Shown in pieces: positions 43,951 through 59,299 of a stretch of DNA of 64,000 nt; the stretch's first letter is position 1, and each line of letters starts with the position of its first letter. Location: assembly GCF_009914755.1 (NCBI RefSeq), contig NC_060937.1; one strand, given 5' to 3'. Source of the stretch: the human T2T-CHM13v2.0 reference genome, Homo sapiens. The notes below the pieces were generated by a model. It was not told the DNA's origin. It did no database searches and saw only the letters and a list, made by a program, of their open reading frames with translations. A program made the translations under genes and the position numbers.

Positions 43951-45389
43951 CAGATTCAGCTGGGGAAGAACATTAAACTTCTTTGCTTTTGTAGATGATA
44001 CCGAAATCTTCAGCAATCTCTATTACATGTGCTAATTCTGCTTTGGAAAAAATCCTATATTCCAATCACATCTCAAAAGTGATACAAATAATCTGTAAAC
44101 AGTAAACTGCCTCATGAATTTAACATTTCCTATATATGAATATTATTGACCATGAAATAAGATTTTAAATTTAGCTTGGAGGACACACACCATATGGAAA
44201 ACAGCAATCAAATATAGGAGGAATTAACCCTCAAAGGTATAAGTTTTTCATAAACTACAAGAGTTGTTTTTCATTATTATACATTAGCTGTTTCAAATAT
44301 GCAAATGTTGAGTTCCTGTATTTGTCTAAAGAAAGTAGGTTCTCTCTCTCTGTATGTGCATATAATATGGAAAATAGAGTACAAAATGCATTTCATATAT
44401 TTTTGAACTTCCAATTTTTAAGTTTATTTTATGTCACCTAATTTTTATATATATATACATATATATATATATTTAGAGTGCTTGACTCTGTTTATAACTA
44501 AATGAGCAAAAAATAATAATGATACTTCAGTTACTTCAGAAATATGAATGGAAAAGAAGGTGGGAGAGAAAAGGCAGTATGTATAAATATCCTTTGTCTT
44601 GTCAAGGAGGAAATTCTGGAAAATATCCCCAGTAGATTTTCCCATATTTCATTGCCCAAAGCTCAGTCACAAGTCTATCTTTAGGCTACTGACTGGCAAA
44701 TGGATTAGATTCTCTTAATGATATTTTTGGGTTGTCATAGTGCATCAGGTAAAAATGGGGTTATTGTAGAAAAGATAAAACGAGGTAGCTAGCTGTAGAT
44801 AGGCAACAAGCAGTGTCTGGCCTAAAGATTGCAAACCTGGACAAGCCTGACTGGAATAAAACAGTTATTGATAGTAGCAATGTTAGTACAAACTAATTTT
44901 ATGGAAAGTAATTAATATACTTTTACATATTTGGTTATCTTCTATAAACTGACAATGAACAGCATAGACAATTTTGGTATACATTACCCATATCAAAGTA
45001 GCAATTGGTATTTTTCTAGAGTTTTTCTCCCTACTTCAGAAAAGAAACGAAAAAGATACTAGGTGTAGATATATCCTACTTTAACTTAATTATTGCTATA
45101 TTTATTAACTGCTTAATTACTAAAAATAGTTGGAAATAAAAGACAGATATATTAGCGTGACTTTTTGTTTCAGGCCAAACTAGAATTATTTGCTTAAAGC
45201 AAAATATATTTTAACTGATGTAAAAATTCAAAAAAAATTAAAAACATGTACATAAATTTTGAGTAACAGAAGGATCATTAGGAAAAACCTAAGTTTGTTA
45301 TACAGAACTTGCACACTAACAAATTTTACACTTTCACAAATAAAAACTCTTTTTTAGCAACCTCTCTTCTCTTTTAAGAAATATCAGTT

Positions 45390-45515
45390 ATCCAGGCATG
45401 GTAACTCATGCCTGTAATCCCAGCACTTTCGGAGGCTGAGGTGGGAGAATTGCTTGAGGCCAGGAGTTTGAGACCAGCCTGGGTAACATACCGAGAACCT
45501 GTTCCTACAAAAATA
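45390..45515 (+). mobile_element. Alu monomer (FLAM-like)
   Basis: Single left-arm-like unit ending 'ctacaaaaataaaa'. Confidence 0.85.
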
Positions 45516-47381
45516 AAACTTTTAAAAACAGTAAATATCGGTCTATACTAATATAATCACTATATCCAATCCTTAAATTAAAATTAATTTTGCAGAATTT
45601 TAATAGATTGATCACCCATATGATGATAACATCAATAGATTATATTTCTAGAATACCTTTGAGAGCTTGTTCTTTCCTTTCGTTTTCTCAGTATTTTGTC
45701 TTAATTAATTCTGACATCATATTCTTCAGTAGGCTTCTAATTCAATTTACTACCTCCATATCCATGATCTTCAATGATTCTTGATGTGTCTATCAGATTA
45801 GTCTTCTAGTGGCATAGACTACTGCTGCTCAAAAACTTCAAAGATCTTCCACTGTCCAGAAAATACTAAAGAGAAAATCTCATAATATGATGTAATATTT
45901 TAATCAATATCTGGCCTCAAACTTTTTTCAAATTATATCAAAGATAATTTGTAAAGTACTATATTTACAAAATATCTAAATTAGTAAAATACATTTGTTT
46001 GTATGTTTCATCTATGTTCCATACATCATATTTCACATGATATTTCTTATGTTGCACTCTGTGCTGAGAAAGATCTTCTCCTGTGGTAATACCTAAATAT
46101 TAGCCATCATTCAAATACCTACCCAAATATCCATGGATCAAGCTTTCTTTAGCTTACCAAGCTGCAAAGAATGCAACCATGGTTTGATAATTTTTTGTAA
46201 AACTTGCATTTTTTCTAGATTGTATTAAAAGAATTTAGAGTATGGAGTATGTGTCTTCTAAGAGACTACAGAATCTGTGAAATATATTTTTTTAAATATC
46301 TGAAATTATTACATTACACAAAGCTTCTACAGCTGTGATTTGGACCTAGTGGACATTCAATTAATGCATGTCCACTAGAGGTATGAGTGAACAAAGCATG
46401 GAGGAATAAAGGAAGAATGAAAGAATTGACTAATCAGGGAAACTTAAGCCTAGAATACCAAATTAATCTTCTTTACTGTTTTCAAATGATGTATGTAATG
46501 TTAAAGATGTGGAAAGGGTTGTACAATAGTTTGAAAGAAAATTAAAAGATAAAACATTGAGAAAATTTTCTCTATGAAAAAATTATACTGATTCTGCATT
46601 GTATTTAATTTACTTTTGATTATATTTAAATCTCTTATACATTGATGTTGAGCAGATATGAATAAAAACCTAGTAATTATTAATAACTTCATTAGTTAAT
46701 ACACTGTTTATGTTTTTATAGATTACTAGTTATTTCTTGACTGAATTGAGATTTTTTGAGTTTATTCTAGATCCTACTCACTAAAAGCAAAAATAATGCT
46801 TGAAATTTAGGTGCTTACAGAAATTGAACAAGTGTGGTTCTTATCTTTACATGGAACTAACATTCTTTTTAATGTTTCGATTTATGATTTTATACCATCA
46901 ATGATATTTTACTTTCATGTAATGCAGTTTTTATACAAGCTAGCAATATTTAGGAATTCATGGAAAGTTAAATAAAAATGAATATGACTAAGTCTCATTC
47001 TAGAAGCTAATAGGATAAATGTGAAAAATTGCTTAACTAATTATTATCTACAATTATCTGTACTATAACATACCCACTATGTACCAGGAGTACAGAGGAA
47101 AGAATCACTGTCATTGCACAGGGTTGTAAGTCAAGGAAGACTTTAGCAAGGAAATGACATTAGGCCCAACTGCTAAGGTTTGAAAAAGATTTTTTCTCTA
47201 GGCAGGGACTAAAAGAAGGGTGAGTCTGGGTAGAGGCAACAGCTTTTACAAAGTAGGTTATAAAACTGCTTTGTGATGTTTCCAGCTTGGTAAAATATTT
47301 CATGTTCTAAATCTCAGTGTATAATAGTATAGGGGAGTGGCAGAGTTTAGGATAGCATAAAAGGCAACGGAAAAATACTGA

Positions 47382-48389
47382 TGACAGTGACAGGAGACAG
47401 ACAAATTCCTAGGCAGACAGGGATGGGTCCCTGGTGAAACCCAACCTTCAAGCCAGTGACAGCCAGAAGCCTGAAAACTGGGCTGCTGGTTCTAGTTAGA
47501 GTCTGTGACTGGAGTGAGAACATCTATTCCTGTTTGCCACTCTTTCCAGATTGTATTTTTCTGAAAAATACTTTTTAGCTAATGAAATGCTGCCTTTTCC
47601 AAGGCTACCTGCAGCCTGTGCCTCCTCATTCCAAACATATAAAAGCCCAGGACTCAGCCACACACACAGCTACCCTCTTTGGGCCCCCTTTCACAGAAAA
47701 GAGGGCTGCCCACTTCAGGTCTCCTTTTGTTGTTGAGAGCTATTCTGTCACTCAGTAAAATTCTTCCCTGCCTTGCTCACTCTCCGGTATTCACGTACCC
47801 TCATTCTTCTTGGTCATGGGACAAGAACCCAGAACCTGCTGAATGGCAGGAATGAAAAGGGGTGAAACACATTCTTAGCTGGCTTGCCAAGCTGTGGGCG
47901 GTGACATGCTCCTGTTTGCCAGACTATGGGAGTGAACAGTGGTGACCCTTCTGGGTCCCCAGACCCCAGACCTCCCTGAGCCAGAGCTGTGACATGCCCT
48001 TGTTCACTGGACTGTGAACAGTGGGAATGAGATAGAATTTTCAAACTTCTTGGGGGCTTAGAACTTGGGACTCCTCAGGAGAGAGCTATAACACCCCCTT
48101 GTGACTCCATGATGGCTGGAGTCTCTGAGTTTTTAGGCACCACTGCATTCCCCTCAGCCAGATGCCAGCACCCAAGGTGAAAGCCAGTCTTGGCATGCCT
48201 GGTCCAGATGTGGGCAAAGCCCAGAACCCAAGGTGATCACAGAATCTGGGCCAGGGAGCAAGCCAAGTGCAGCCTGCTGGCCCGAGTGGGCAGAGTGAGC
48301 CGAGCAGGCATGAACAAAACTCATGCAGAAGCTTTGCTGGCCACGGAGGTTTCTGGCTTGTGAAGTGGAACCAAAACTATCCTACGTCA
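47382..48389 (+). mobile_element. Solo ERV1 LTR of about 1 kb (LTR27/LTR28/MER52 group) inserted in an L2 relic
   Basis: TGACAGTGACAGGAGACAGACAAATTCCTAGGCAGA...GGCCACGGAGGTTTCTGGC...CGTCA. TATA-like 'catataaaa' near 47637 and polyA-like 'agtaaa' near 47755. TSD ctga/ttga. Confidence 0.8.
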
Positions 48390-48465
48390 TTGACAAGCTG
48401 TGAATGCATTGTTAAGGAGTTTATAGTTTCTGGACAGGTAAACAATGTTTTAAGACATTAATTTT

Positions 48466-48606
48466 GTCTTTATGTATTTTTTAAATTTTTTTGTTGAAAA
48501 ATGAAGTCTTACTATGTTGCTTAGTCTGGTCTTGGGCTCCTGGCCTCAGGCAATCCTCCTGCCTTGGCCTCCCAAAGTGCTAACATTACAGGTGTGAGCC
48601 ACTGTC
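48466..48606 (-). mobile_element. Alu monomer (FLAM_C-like)
   Basis: Reverse left monomer; TSD taagacattaat on both sides. Confidence 0.85.
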
Positions 48607-48724
48607 CTAAGACATTAATCTTTCTATTGTGGAAATGAACTGAATGAGAGAGATGGAAGTCTAAAGTAATAAATATCTCTGCTCTACAATAGAATAATAA
48701 ATAAGATCCTAATCATTCTATTTA

Positions 48725-48908
<184 letters not shown>

Positions 48909-49812
48909 GCTAGTCTATTTCTTGTTTATATATCACAAGTATGAATGGCATAAGCAAATGTGAAAGATACTACCTTTAGAGTGTTCTTTGGGAGCTGTGA
49001 TCTGCTAATTTCACTACTGTAATATGTGGTCAAGACAATGCTGTTCTGCTGCCATATATACTTTTGGGCTTTACCAACCTTTTCTTCTCTGCCTGATAAG
49101 TCTTCAAATCAAGACTTTTCCAACTAATCACTGCTATCTTCACCTTAATCTGAGTTTACTACCTCTTCCATGCCTTGCAGACTTTTGTTCTGTGTTGCCT
49201 GTTCTCTCTCTACAACCCATTGTCTAACACCATGTGCCTTTAGCAACTTTCAAAAAAAAAAAAAAAAAAACATGCTCTTCTTCTTTGGCATCTTATAATA
49301 ATGGCAACTTTTTCATCTATTATATTTAAAGTTGGCTTAAGCAATAAGAATCAACTGCCACAACTAACTTTTAATGAGCTACTTTATCTCCTCATTTTAA
49401 ATTTTTTAGAGGGATGCTGAAAGGTTGATATGCCTCTATAAATTTCTAGATGTAAGGGCCAAGGTTAGAAATTTCATCCATAGAAGCTTCAACTAAGGTC
49501 TCTTGTCTGTCATTTCATGCTTTCCTTACACTTCTAGCAGCAATTGACCTTTGTTAGCATAGATTCACTTTAGCCGCTTCTAGTAAGAAGTAGTTATGGA
49601 AGTCTAACTTGAGAAACAGATATTCTTTTTTCCTTTACTGCCAAGAGATACTAACGGTGAAGATATGTGGGTGCATAGTTTTTAGATTTGGGGGCTTCTT
49701 CATTGATCAGATTGAATTGTCTTATATTTTAAAAATAATTTTGAGTGAATTCTATTTAATGACGATAATGGTGTAATATTTGTCTTTTACTCTGAAAAAA
49801 TGGTCAAATTAG

Positions 49813-50187
<375 letters not shown>

Positions 50188-52567
50188 TAGAAAAGCATTG
50201 AAAACCCCAAAGGTATGGTATATCTATTATAATAATGTACATATTTTATTTATAAATATAGTATTTTCTCTTCTTCAAATAAAACCAAAAAGAAATTGTC
50301 CTAGAATAAAAAACAATTTATAATAGAACAGCAAATTTTTTCTCATTTTTGTTGGGGAAAAAATAAATCAAGCATTACCTATATAAAATAAACAGAAGTA
50401 CTTAAAATTTGACAATTTTTTTCTATTTATTTTTCTCAGTGATACAGTCACACCTCAAATCACACCTCATTAAATCTAAACAAATTAAGGCTGTTTATTA
50501 TTTCTCAATGAACTAAATTGAATTAAACTGTGCCCCTGTTTTCTAAATCTACTCTAGTTTGTCCACAATATTTCAAATATTATGTTGATCAACACTAATT
50601 CTCTAAAAAGTGTCTTACTTTTAGAATTTTTCTTTTAGAATATTTTCTTACATCTACCATGTGTAAAGTATCTTGCAGGTAATAGGGTTTGGTTGCAATG
50701 GTAGCTGTTTTTAGTTGTTTCTGGATGAACAAAGTGTTGTTTCTGAATAAAGTGTCTTAAAAAGAGCCTGTGTCATCAACCAGCTTCCAGTAACACAGAA
50801 AAGAATTAAACATTAATAAACATCAATATGAGATAACCTTCATTTGATAAATATAAACAAAGCACTAGAGTGTTTGATTCAAGAGATAGAGTTTTTTTTA
50901 ACAACGTTGATCCAAACAGGTTTCATTAAGAGGAATATTCTTGGATTCTTGAAAAGCAAGAATAATTTCAGGAAGAACCGAGTGAGAAAGCATTTGATGT
51001 TTTGTAGACCATTACATAGGCAGAAAACAGAACAAGCAAAGGAAAAAAAATAAAACCCTAAGGTTTGGAAAGCGGTGTGCAATGTCCTCTAATGGAAGCA
51101 TTTGTTTTATTTTTGTACATGCATAATATATATTAAATTATTTATTTTTCTTAAACTAAAAAGGTAATATCTGCTATACACTTTAAGGGAATATAATGTA
51201 GGTAAAGTTTTGTAATAATGTAAAGTCCTCTGGAAATTTTTTATGTTCACCATGTGTAATGACATTTACTATTGGCTCTTATTTGCATATGAAAATTGAT
51301 GAATAGTCAGAAAGTCTGATCAAGCATCAGTACTCTGTGAATTCACTTTGCTCTCTCCTCTATGTCCCAGTTAGAAGAGAATAGAACTTCCTATATTTTT
51401 CCTCTATGAGATATAATTGCATATTTAGTATTATTGTTAGAGTATGTTTCTTAAGGATGTCTATATCAAATAGTGAGCACTCAGTAATAAATGGTAATAA
51501 GAGAACATGTAGAATTGCTAATCTAAATATATAATCTTTTATTTATGATAATTAAATTTGAAGAGATAATTTCATTGTGCACCCTCTAACTCCTACATTA
51601 TTAGGTGACTCTACAATTTAGTCAAGGTCTTTCGAGTATGGAGCACAGAACCTAAATTAGTAAATGACACTCTACAATTAAATTTAATAAAATTTTTGAA
51701 AATTTCCTATATTTCAGGCCAAGAGTTACTGAATATTTAGTGTTCTGTTGCTCTATTACATGCAAAGCAATGTGAAGGCAATATCATGTTTATCTTGTTT
51801 ACAATTTTCTCTCTGGCACCCAGAGAAAGTCCTTGGCTATATATATATATATATACATAGAATAAAACTTATTGTGGGAGTTTCAATCTAATATAATAAA
51901 ATATCAAGTTGAGCTTAAATTATCTGTAAGTACCATAACAAATTCAATGTTATTTGCTAATTATTTTTCACAAATACAATTGTGTTAACTAATTTGTTGT
52001 AAAAATAACAAAAATAATGTTGACCTTTCTTAAAAAGTTTGTACCAAGTGACGAAAAAATCCAGTTCAGTGCTCAAAAGAATAGTAACACAGCAGTATTA
52101 CTCTTTTTAAACATATTTAAAATCCTAATAATCAGGCCTTTCCAGTAAAGGAGAAAAATTAATCATAATGAACTATTTTTTGTAATAATATACAAACTCA
52201 CAGATACAAATAGAGTTCAAGATGAAATTGTTTCAAAAGGTTTTAATAAAATTTATGACATAAAAGTACAAATATATAGTTGCAAAACTACATGCACGGA
52301 TATAAAGTATTGTGATTGATTTTAACTTGTTAAACTTTAATATATTATATTTTTGTATATTGCCTATAACAATATTAATCTTCCTATGATTTTGTTATTC
52401 TTTTAGAATCTTTAGTACAATTTGGCAAAATAATGGAAATGACTTTTGCCATATCCTCTCTCTCTTCTCAGGTGTGAAAAATGGTATGAGTTCATTTTTT
52501 CATTGTTCTTTCCTTTTATCTCAAAGTTTAAAATGCAGTGTGAATCTAAATGATTAAATCACAAGTG

Positions 52568-52645
52568 TGGCTCTGCTTTAGGAGTAGATATTCTTTTATT
52601 CCTTTATTTTCCTAATAAACTTGCCTTCACTTAATAAAAAAAAAA
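52568..52645 (+). mobile_element. Short MER41-like LTR R-region fragment ending in poly(A)
   Basis: 'gctctgctttaggagtagatattcttttattcctttattttcctAATAAActtgccttcactta' followed by an A-run. Confidence 0.6.
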
Positions 52646-53662
52646 CACACACAAGCAAGTAGAAATAGCCTATAGTATTCTGTTCAATTGTAATAAAATA
52701 ATGCAATAATATTTTCTTGTATATTAACTTTGCAGAATCTGTTGCTTCTGAGGAAATCATTGAACTGACTACCTATGTGTTATCTTTTATTGTACAAGTC
52801 AGCTTATCATTAAAGCTGCTACTGAATTCTATTTGAACTTCTACATTGAAAACTATGTTCTAACTGAAACTATCATGGAATGAAAAGTTGCTAGGATACC
52901 ATTTTTCATTTTTAATATTTCTTGAACAGAGGCTTCATGTCTTGTGGAAGGGGAAATGCTTTTTGGAACAAACTTTAATCTGTATTAAATCTGACAATCT
53001 AATCTCTATTTCTGAGCTAACAGGAAAAAAATACCAATGCGTTTTTTAAAGTCGTTTCCTGGGAGTGCTGAATGAAAAAACATGTCTAATGAAACTAATA
53101 GATAAGACACTACTACAGGCAGGACTAAGTGCCTGTACATGGAGGTGCTAATGCATTCCTGCCTAAACATACGATGCATTGGAAAGTTTGCTACCTTTCA
53201 CAAATGACATCTAAAGAGATGGAGCAAGGTTACACTGTTGGTCAATTGTCATAAAAAAAAGAGGTACTAGTGACTCAAATGTCTAAACATTTGAATAAAA
53301 AATTTATATGTCTTGTAAAAACAAGCATCTATTAATATAATAATATTCACACAAATAACTAGTAACTATCAATGTCAATACCTTTCAATTTATAGGGTAT
53401 ACTCTTTTAATTAAAAATTATTAATGTATTCACAAATATTTGATTTTCTATATATGACAATTGTTTAAGATATCAGACCACAAAAAACAAGAACTGTTTT
53501 CTATTAGGGCTTACATTCTAGCTAGGGTTATTGGAGTAAAGATATGGAGAAGGGTCATTTGATTTCACTTAAAATTCAAAAATATTATCTTTTGTTTTAC
53601 TTTCATAAAGGGTTATTTTTTGAGAAATTATGTGAACTGTATTTTTCCTGAATGCCTAAGGG

Positions 53663-53772
53663 TTTTTTTTGGTTTTTGATACAGTGTCGTGCTCTGTCAC
53701 TAGGACTGGAGTGCAGTGGTGCCATCTTAGCTCACCACAATCTCTGCCTCCCGGGTTCAAGCAATTCTCCTT
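53663..53772 (-). mobile_element. Truncated Alu (3' ~95 bp)
   Basis: 'gatacagtgtcgtgctctgtcac...ttcaagcaattctcct', then ends. Confidence 0.85.
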
Positions 53773-53840
53773 CCACGTCACGGAAAGGGGCTCTCCCAAT
53801 TTTAGGTGGTAACTGCATTTTAAAAAAATTATTATTCTAG

Positions 53841-54205
<365 letters not shown>

Positions 54206-54918
54206 CTAGGCTCATTTAGCTTACTATGAAAAATGAACTTGATATATTGCTAGAAATATTTATACACAAATAATCAAAAGGGGGTAGAAAATGCAAAAAG
54301 CAAAGCAAAATGAAGCAAAGCAAAACCACCTCAAATCTGCAGAGAATTCTAGAACAAGCTTTGCCACTAATGAGCTGTATGAACTTCAACAAACTAATTA
54401 ATCTTTCTAGTTCTCAGTTTTCTCATTTGTAAAATTAAGATTCTGAAGTAAATATTCTCTTAGGTACCCTCTAGGTTTTAATATCTATCATTCTAAATTA
54501 TATTTTTGTTTGATTGCTTTAGCATTCCATTACCACATGCACATAGAGTTGGCAACTATTAGGGCTGAGAAATTTTCTATTAAATGTAAGTTTAGCATGC
54601 ACTTTAAGTTGACACATGGAATATTTACATGCCCATGCAGGTTAAAGGCATTTGTTAAAAAAAGAAAAATATAAAATAATTAATTTCCCCAGAAAAACTT
54701 ACAAAAACAAAAGCATGCAATAAATTAGCATCCAAAATCAGAATAACAGAAATTGAGGTGGTAACTTCTGTAGTTAAATTAATATTTTTTTCTCTTCTCT
54801 TAACAGCTCTTTCTGTGTGATTTACCTGAATGACTAGATTGTCCTCATGTTTTCTAAAATCAAATCTCAAAGCTTTTTAATTCAATAATAAAAGGTTATC
54901 AGGTTAGTTTGTACCTTT

Positions 54919-55281
54919 TGATATAGTTTGGCTATGTCCCCACCCAAATCTCATCTTGAATTGTAGCTCCCATAATCCCCACGTGTCATGGGTGGGAGGG
55001 ACAGGGTGGGTGATAAATTGAATCATGGGGTGGGTATTTCCCATGCTGTTCTCATGATAGTAAGTCACACGAGATCTGACGGTATTATAAAGGGCAGTTT
55101 CCCTGCACATGCTCTCTTGTCTGCCATCATGTAAGACGTGCCTTTGCTCCTCCTTCACCTTCCACCATGACTCTGAACCTCCCCAGCCATGTGGAACTGT
55201 AAGTCTATTAAACCTCTTTTTCTTTTTAAATTATCCATTCTCAGGTATTTCTTCATAGCAATAAGAAAATAGACTAATACA
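54919..55281 (+). mobile_element. THE1B/C-like MaLR solo LTR
   Basis: 'tgatatagtttggctatgtccccacccaaatctcatcttgaattgtagctccc...attaaacctc...gactaataca'. Confidence 0.92.
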
Positions 55282-56685
55282 GCTCTATTATTTGAAATTT
55301 GGGCTAACTTTAAGTATATAGGGCCAGACATAGACAAGAAATTATCCCAAATTAATATTTGATTATTAAATTAAAATTTTAATTGAATTATTATCTTAAA
55401 GTGGGATTATAGAGGTCATATTAGATATTATCCTTATATCTCTTGTACTGCAAAAGGATATTTTTCATATTTTAAAATACTTTCATGAGATAATCCAATA
55501 TCATTTAAATTAATTTATTTTCCAACAAAATTTGTGGTTTGCTACCCAAATATGCTATCTTCCCTTTCACATTTGTGTTTTTACACATTTCACTTTTTTG
55601 GCTGAAATGTAATTTTTCCTTTTATATTTGCCTAACTATTCTTCACAGTTCAGCTTATGCATCACTTCTTTTTGGAAATCATTCCTAATTAATTATCTAT
55701 TTTGACTTGAAACAATATGATCAGAGCACCCTTACTTATTGTATGTATAACTAACTCTTTATTTAAATTGTCCATTAACTAATCTGGACTTCCTACTCAT
55801 GTGTAAAGTCCTTGAATACAATACCTTACTTATCTTTTTATTCTGAGTATTATAGTGTGCATTTTACTGGTAGTTGAATGCAGGAATAACTTAACAAGTA
55901 AACATTCTTAGACAAATGTTCCTCATTTTTAACTTGACTACTTCTACTAGCCTAAATTTCTTTAGTGTAATATTTATAATTCATATTATTAAAAATTAAG
56001 ATAATTATAAAAATGTATAAAATAGAGATGGATATATCTGATTAAAAATAGGCACTAAAGAAGATAGTAAAACAGTTAATTAAAGAGATTTAAAATGCAG
56101 CCAAGGATGAGGTTGCTATAAAATTTGCAGATATTTGTTATTATCAGACTGAAAATTTAATCTAGACTTTTAAACCACAGAGGAAAACCTAGGTTAGTTA
56201 TATAATCTACGATGTCCTTGGGCTAAAAACTGGCCAATTACTCAGGAAGATAAAATTAATACTGTGACTCAGATCAAATGATATATGTCTCAAGGTTTCT
56301 TATAAAAAGAAAACTGTTAGTATTCCAAACCAGTTTCTAGTTTAAAGGGCCAGTTTTCTAAAAGGTATGCTATAGGCTTTCAGCATCTTATGAAAGCACA
56401 ATATAGAAAAAGAAATCATTTCTATTCAGTCCACAAATTCTTAACATCATTGCCGAATATAGTATCTTATATTCCTTAATAGAAAATTATCAAGACAGAT
56501 AAGACATAGTTCTTGATTGTACAAGAGATATCTATGGATTTCAGAGAAATCATGTTGAAGATTACTCATACATTTTGTGGTATAAAATTTTGCCTCTGGA
56601 AATGAGTAACAGGTTAGGTAAAAGCTTGATTAGTGAATAAGAAACAAGGCACAAAATCTCTATAACTGAATAATTTTATTTGTAA

Positions 56686-57061
<376 letters not shown>

Positions 57062-57292
57062 AGTTATTCTTTCTTATTCTTCTTTTCCGCAACACCTGAT
57101 GTGATTCCTAGCATTAAAAAATCTTCAATAAATGTTTATTTGAACAAGTACATAATGCATTGAAAAGACACCAGGGAATACCTAACTTACGAATTCAAAA
57201 GGCCACAGAAGACCAAGTATATAATGAGGGTTTTCCTAAGTTTTACAATTTATAAATCAGAGTATATAAGATTGCATTCTGTTAAAAAAGGT

Positions 57293-57522
57293 CTTCCTTC
57301 CTTCCTTCCTTCCTTCCCTCCTCTTTTTTCCTTTCCTTCCTCCCCTCCCCTCTCCTCCCCTGTCCTCCCCTCTTCCCTCCTTTCCTTCCCTTTTTCCTTC
57401 TTTCCTTTCTCCTTCTTTCCTTTCCTTTTACTGTTGTTTTCCTTTTACTGTTGCTTTCCTTTTCCCTTCTTTCCTGTCCTTTTTCCTTTTCTTTCCCTCT
57501 TTTTTTCTTATTTCTCTTTTTC
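57293..57522. repeat. CT-rich polypyrimidine low-complexity tract
   Basis: (CTTC)n/(CCCT)n-derived, about 230 bp, almost free of purines. Confidence 0.92.
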
Positions 57523-57761
57523 TGGGATTACTAATGGTGTCTATATTTCTAACAGAAACTGATAAAATGAGAGAAAATGAACAATAATTCCAAAATATTA
57601 TTTGAAATTGTAAACACATACGTCTATATCTTTATCAAATCTGCCTTAGTAGTAAGAAATGTAACATTATTATGATTTTCTGTGCAGTCAATATTTATGC
57701 TGGAAGTGAAGATGGTAAAGTTATCTGCTCCAAAAACTTGTTTTATTTCCTATGCAAAATT

Positions 57762-58079
<318 letters not shown>

Positions 58080-58657
58080 ATTTTTTCTATTTTATCAATC
58101 AGATATCCATAAGTATAGAAAACTGTGTGTCAGTGTGTATATTTGTGTATGTGATTTGAGTATGTGGATACAAGCATGCATTATTGAGAGACTTAACTTT
58201 TTATTTGCATCTCCAACTTACCTCCTTTTTGTTGTTTTCACTGTGGCATTATTTTTAAAATGTTTGATACCTTGTATTGAGTGGATATATTTAAATTTTG
58301 TTTCCTTGTGAAAACTTACAAAACTTTGAAGAGAGAATCCTTTTAAAGAAACATATTGTCTTGGTTTAGTAAGAAATGTGATTTCTTAAGTAAAAGAGAC
58401 ATGAAGAGGGCACACACATATGATATATTTAGAGAAATAGTGTCTGCACTAAAACAAGTACTCCTTTCAAGACAATGAAAGCTGACAGCCTAAAATTTGA
58501 TTTTCTAGTCTAACGAGTTATATTACAAATATATACAAGGATTGTATTATGCTGATTTTTTTTCAGTCTGTCTATTCATTACTCATTGTTATATATATGG
58601 TTTTTAAAAGCCAAGGAAAAGACTGATGATAAATTTCACTCTGAATTCTCTTTCTTC

Positions 58658-58658
58658 A

Positions 58659-58690
<32 letters not shown>

Positions 58691-58720
58691 CACACACACA
58701 TTTATATATAACATATATAT
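58658..58720. repeat. (TA)n(CA)n compound microsatellite
   Basis: Seen directly in the sequence. Confidence 0.9.
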
Positions 58721-59299
58721 TTAAGAAATATTACTTCAAGTACTTCATATTGTCTTGAAAATACTATTTCATATTTTAACATCACATTTCCCCCATGTGG
58801 TTTATGAAACCTCATTGATTCTGTTTCCCTGACACACGAGCATTTCTGGATACAAAGCGGCAGATTTCTCCACTCCACCTTTGTTGCACCCCCTGATCTA
58901 ACTGAAGCATCCCCAGATTATTTTAGTAAGTAAGTTTCTTCCAGTGTAATATATCAGACCAGAAGTAGAATCAGACTTCTTCTAAGCAATGAGGATGAAG
59001 GCAATTTTGTGATACATTAGGACTGCCCAAATCTTTGCAGGGGGAGACAGTCTGTGTTTGCTTTTTGACAGAGACCATATACTGACTATGTCTCCCATAA
59101 TGTCAAGAACTCTGTGAATGTACAACAGTTTTTCCTCTACCTTTCCTGAAAAGGAAAGGAGGTCTTTGAATCCTAACACTAGAATATGCTTCTTGAGAGA
59201 CTCCTTTTTTTCTTTCTTTTTTTTTTTTTTTTTTGTCAAATATCAAGTTCATGAGAAGGAATTTTGAGGTTCATGTTCTTGCTAAGATTGGCAGAACCC

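Noticed and set aside
49252-49270. Orphan poly(A) run (and poly-T at about 59205-59235) as retrogene tails
   Set aside because: I found no convincing TSD or attached recognisable body; they are probably expanded mononucleotide runs.
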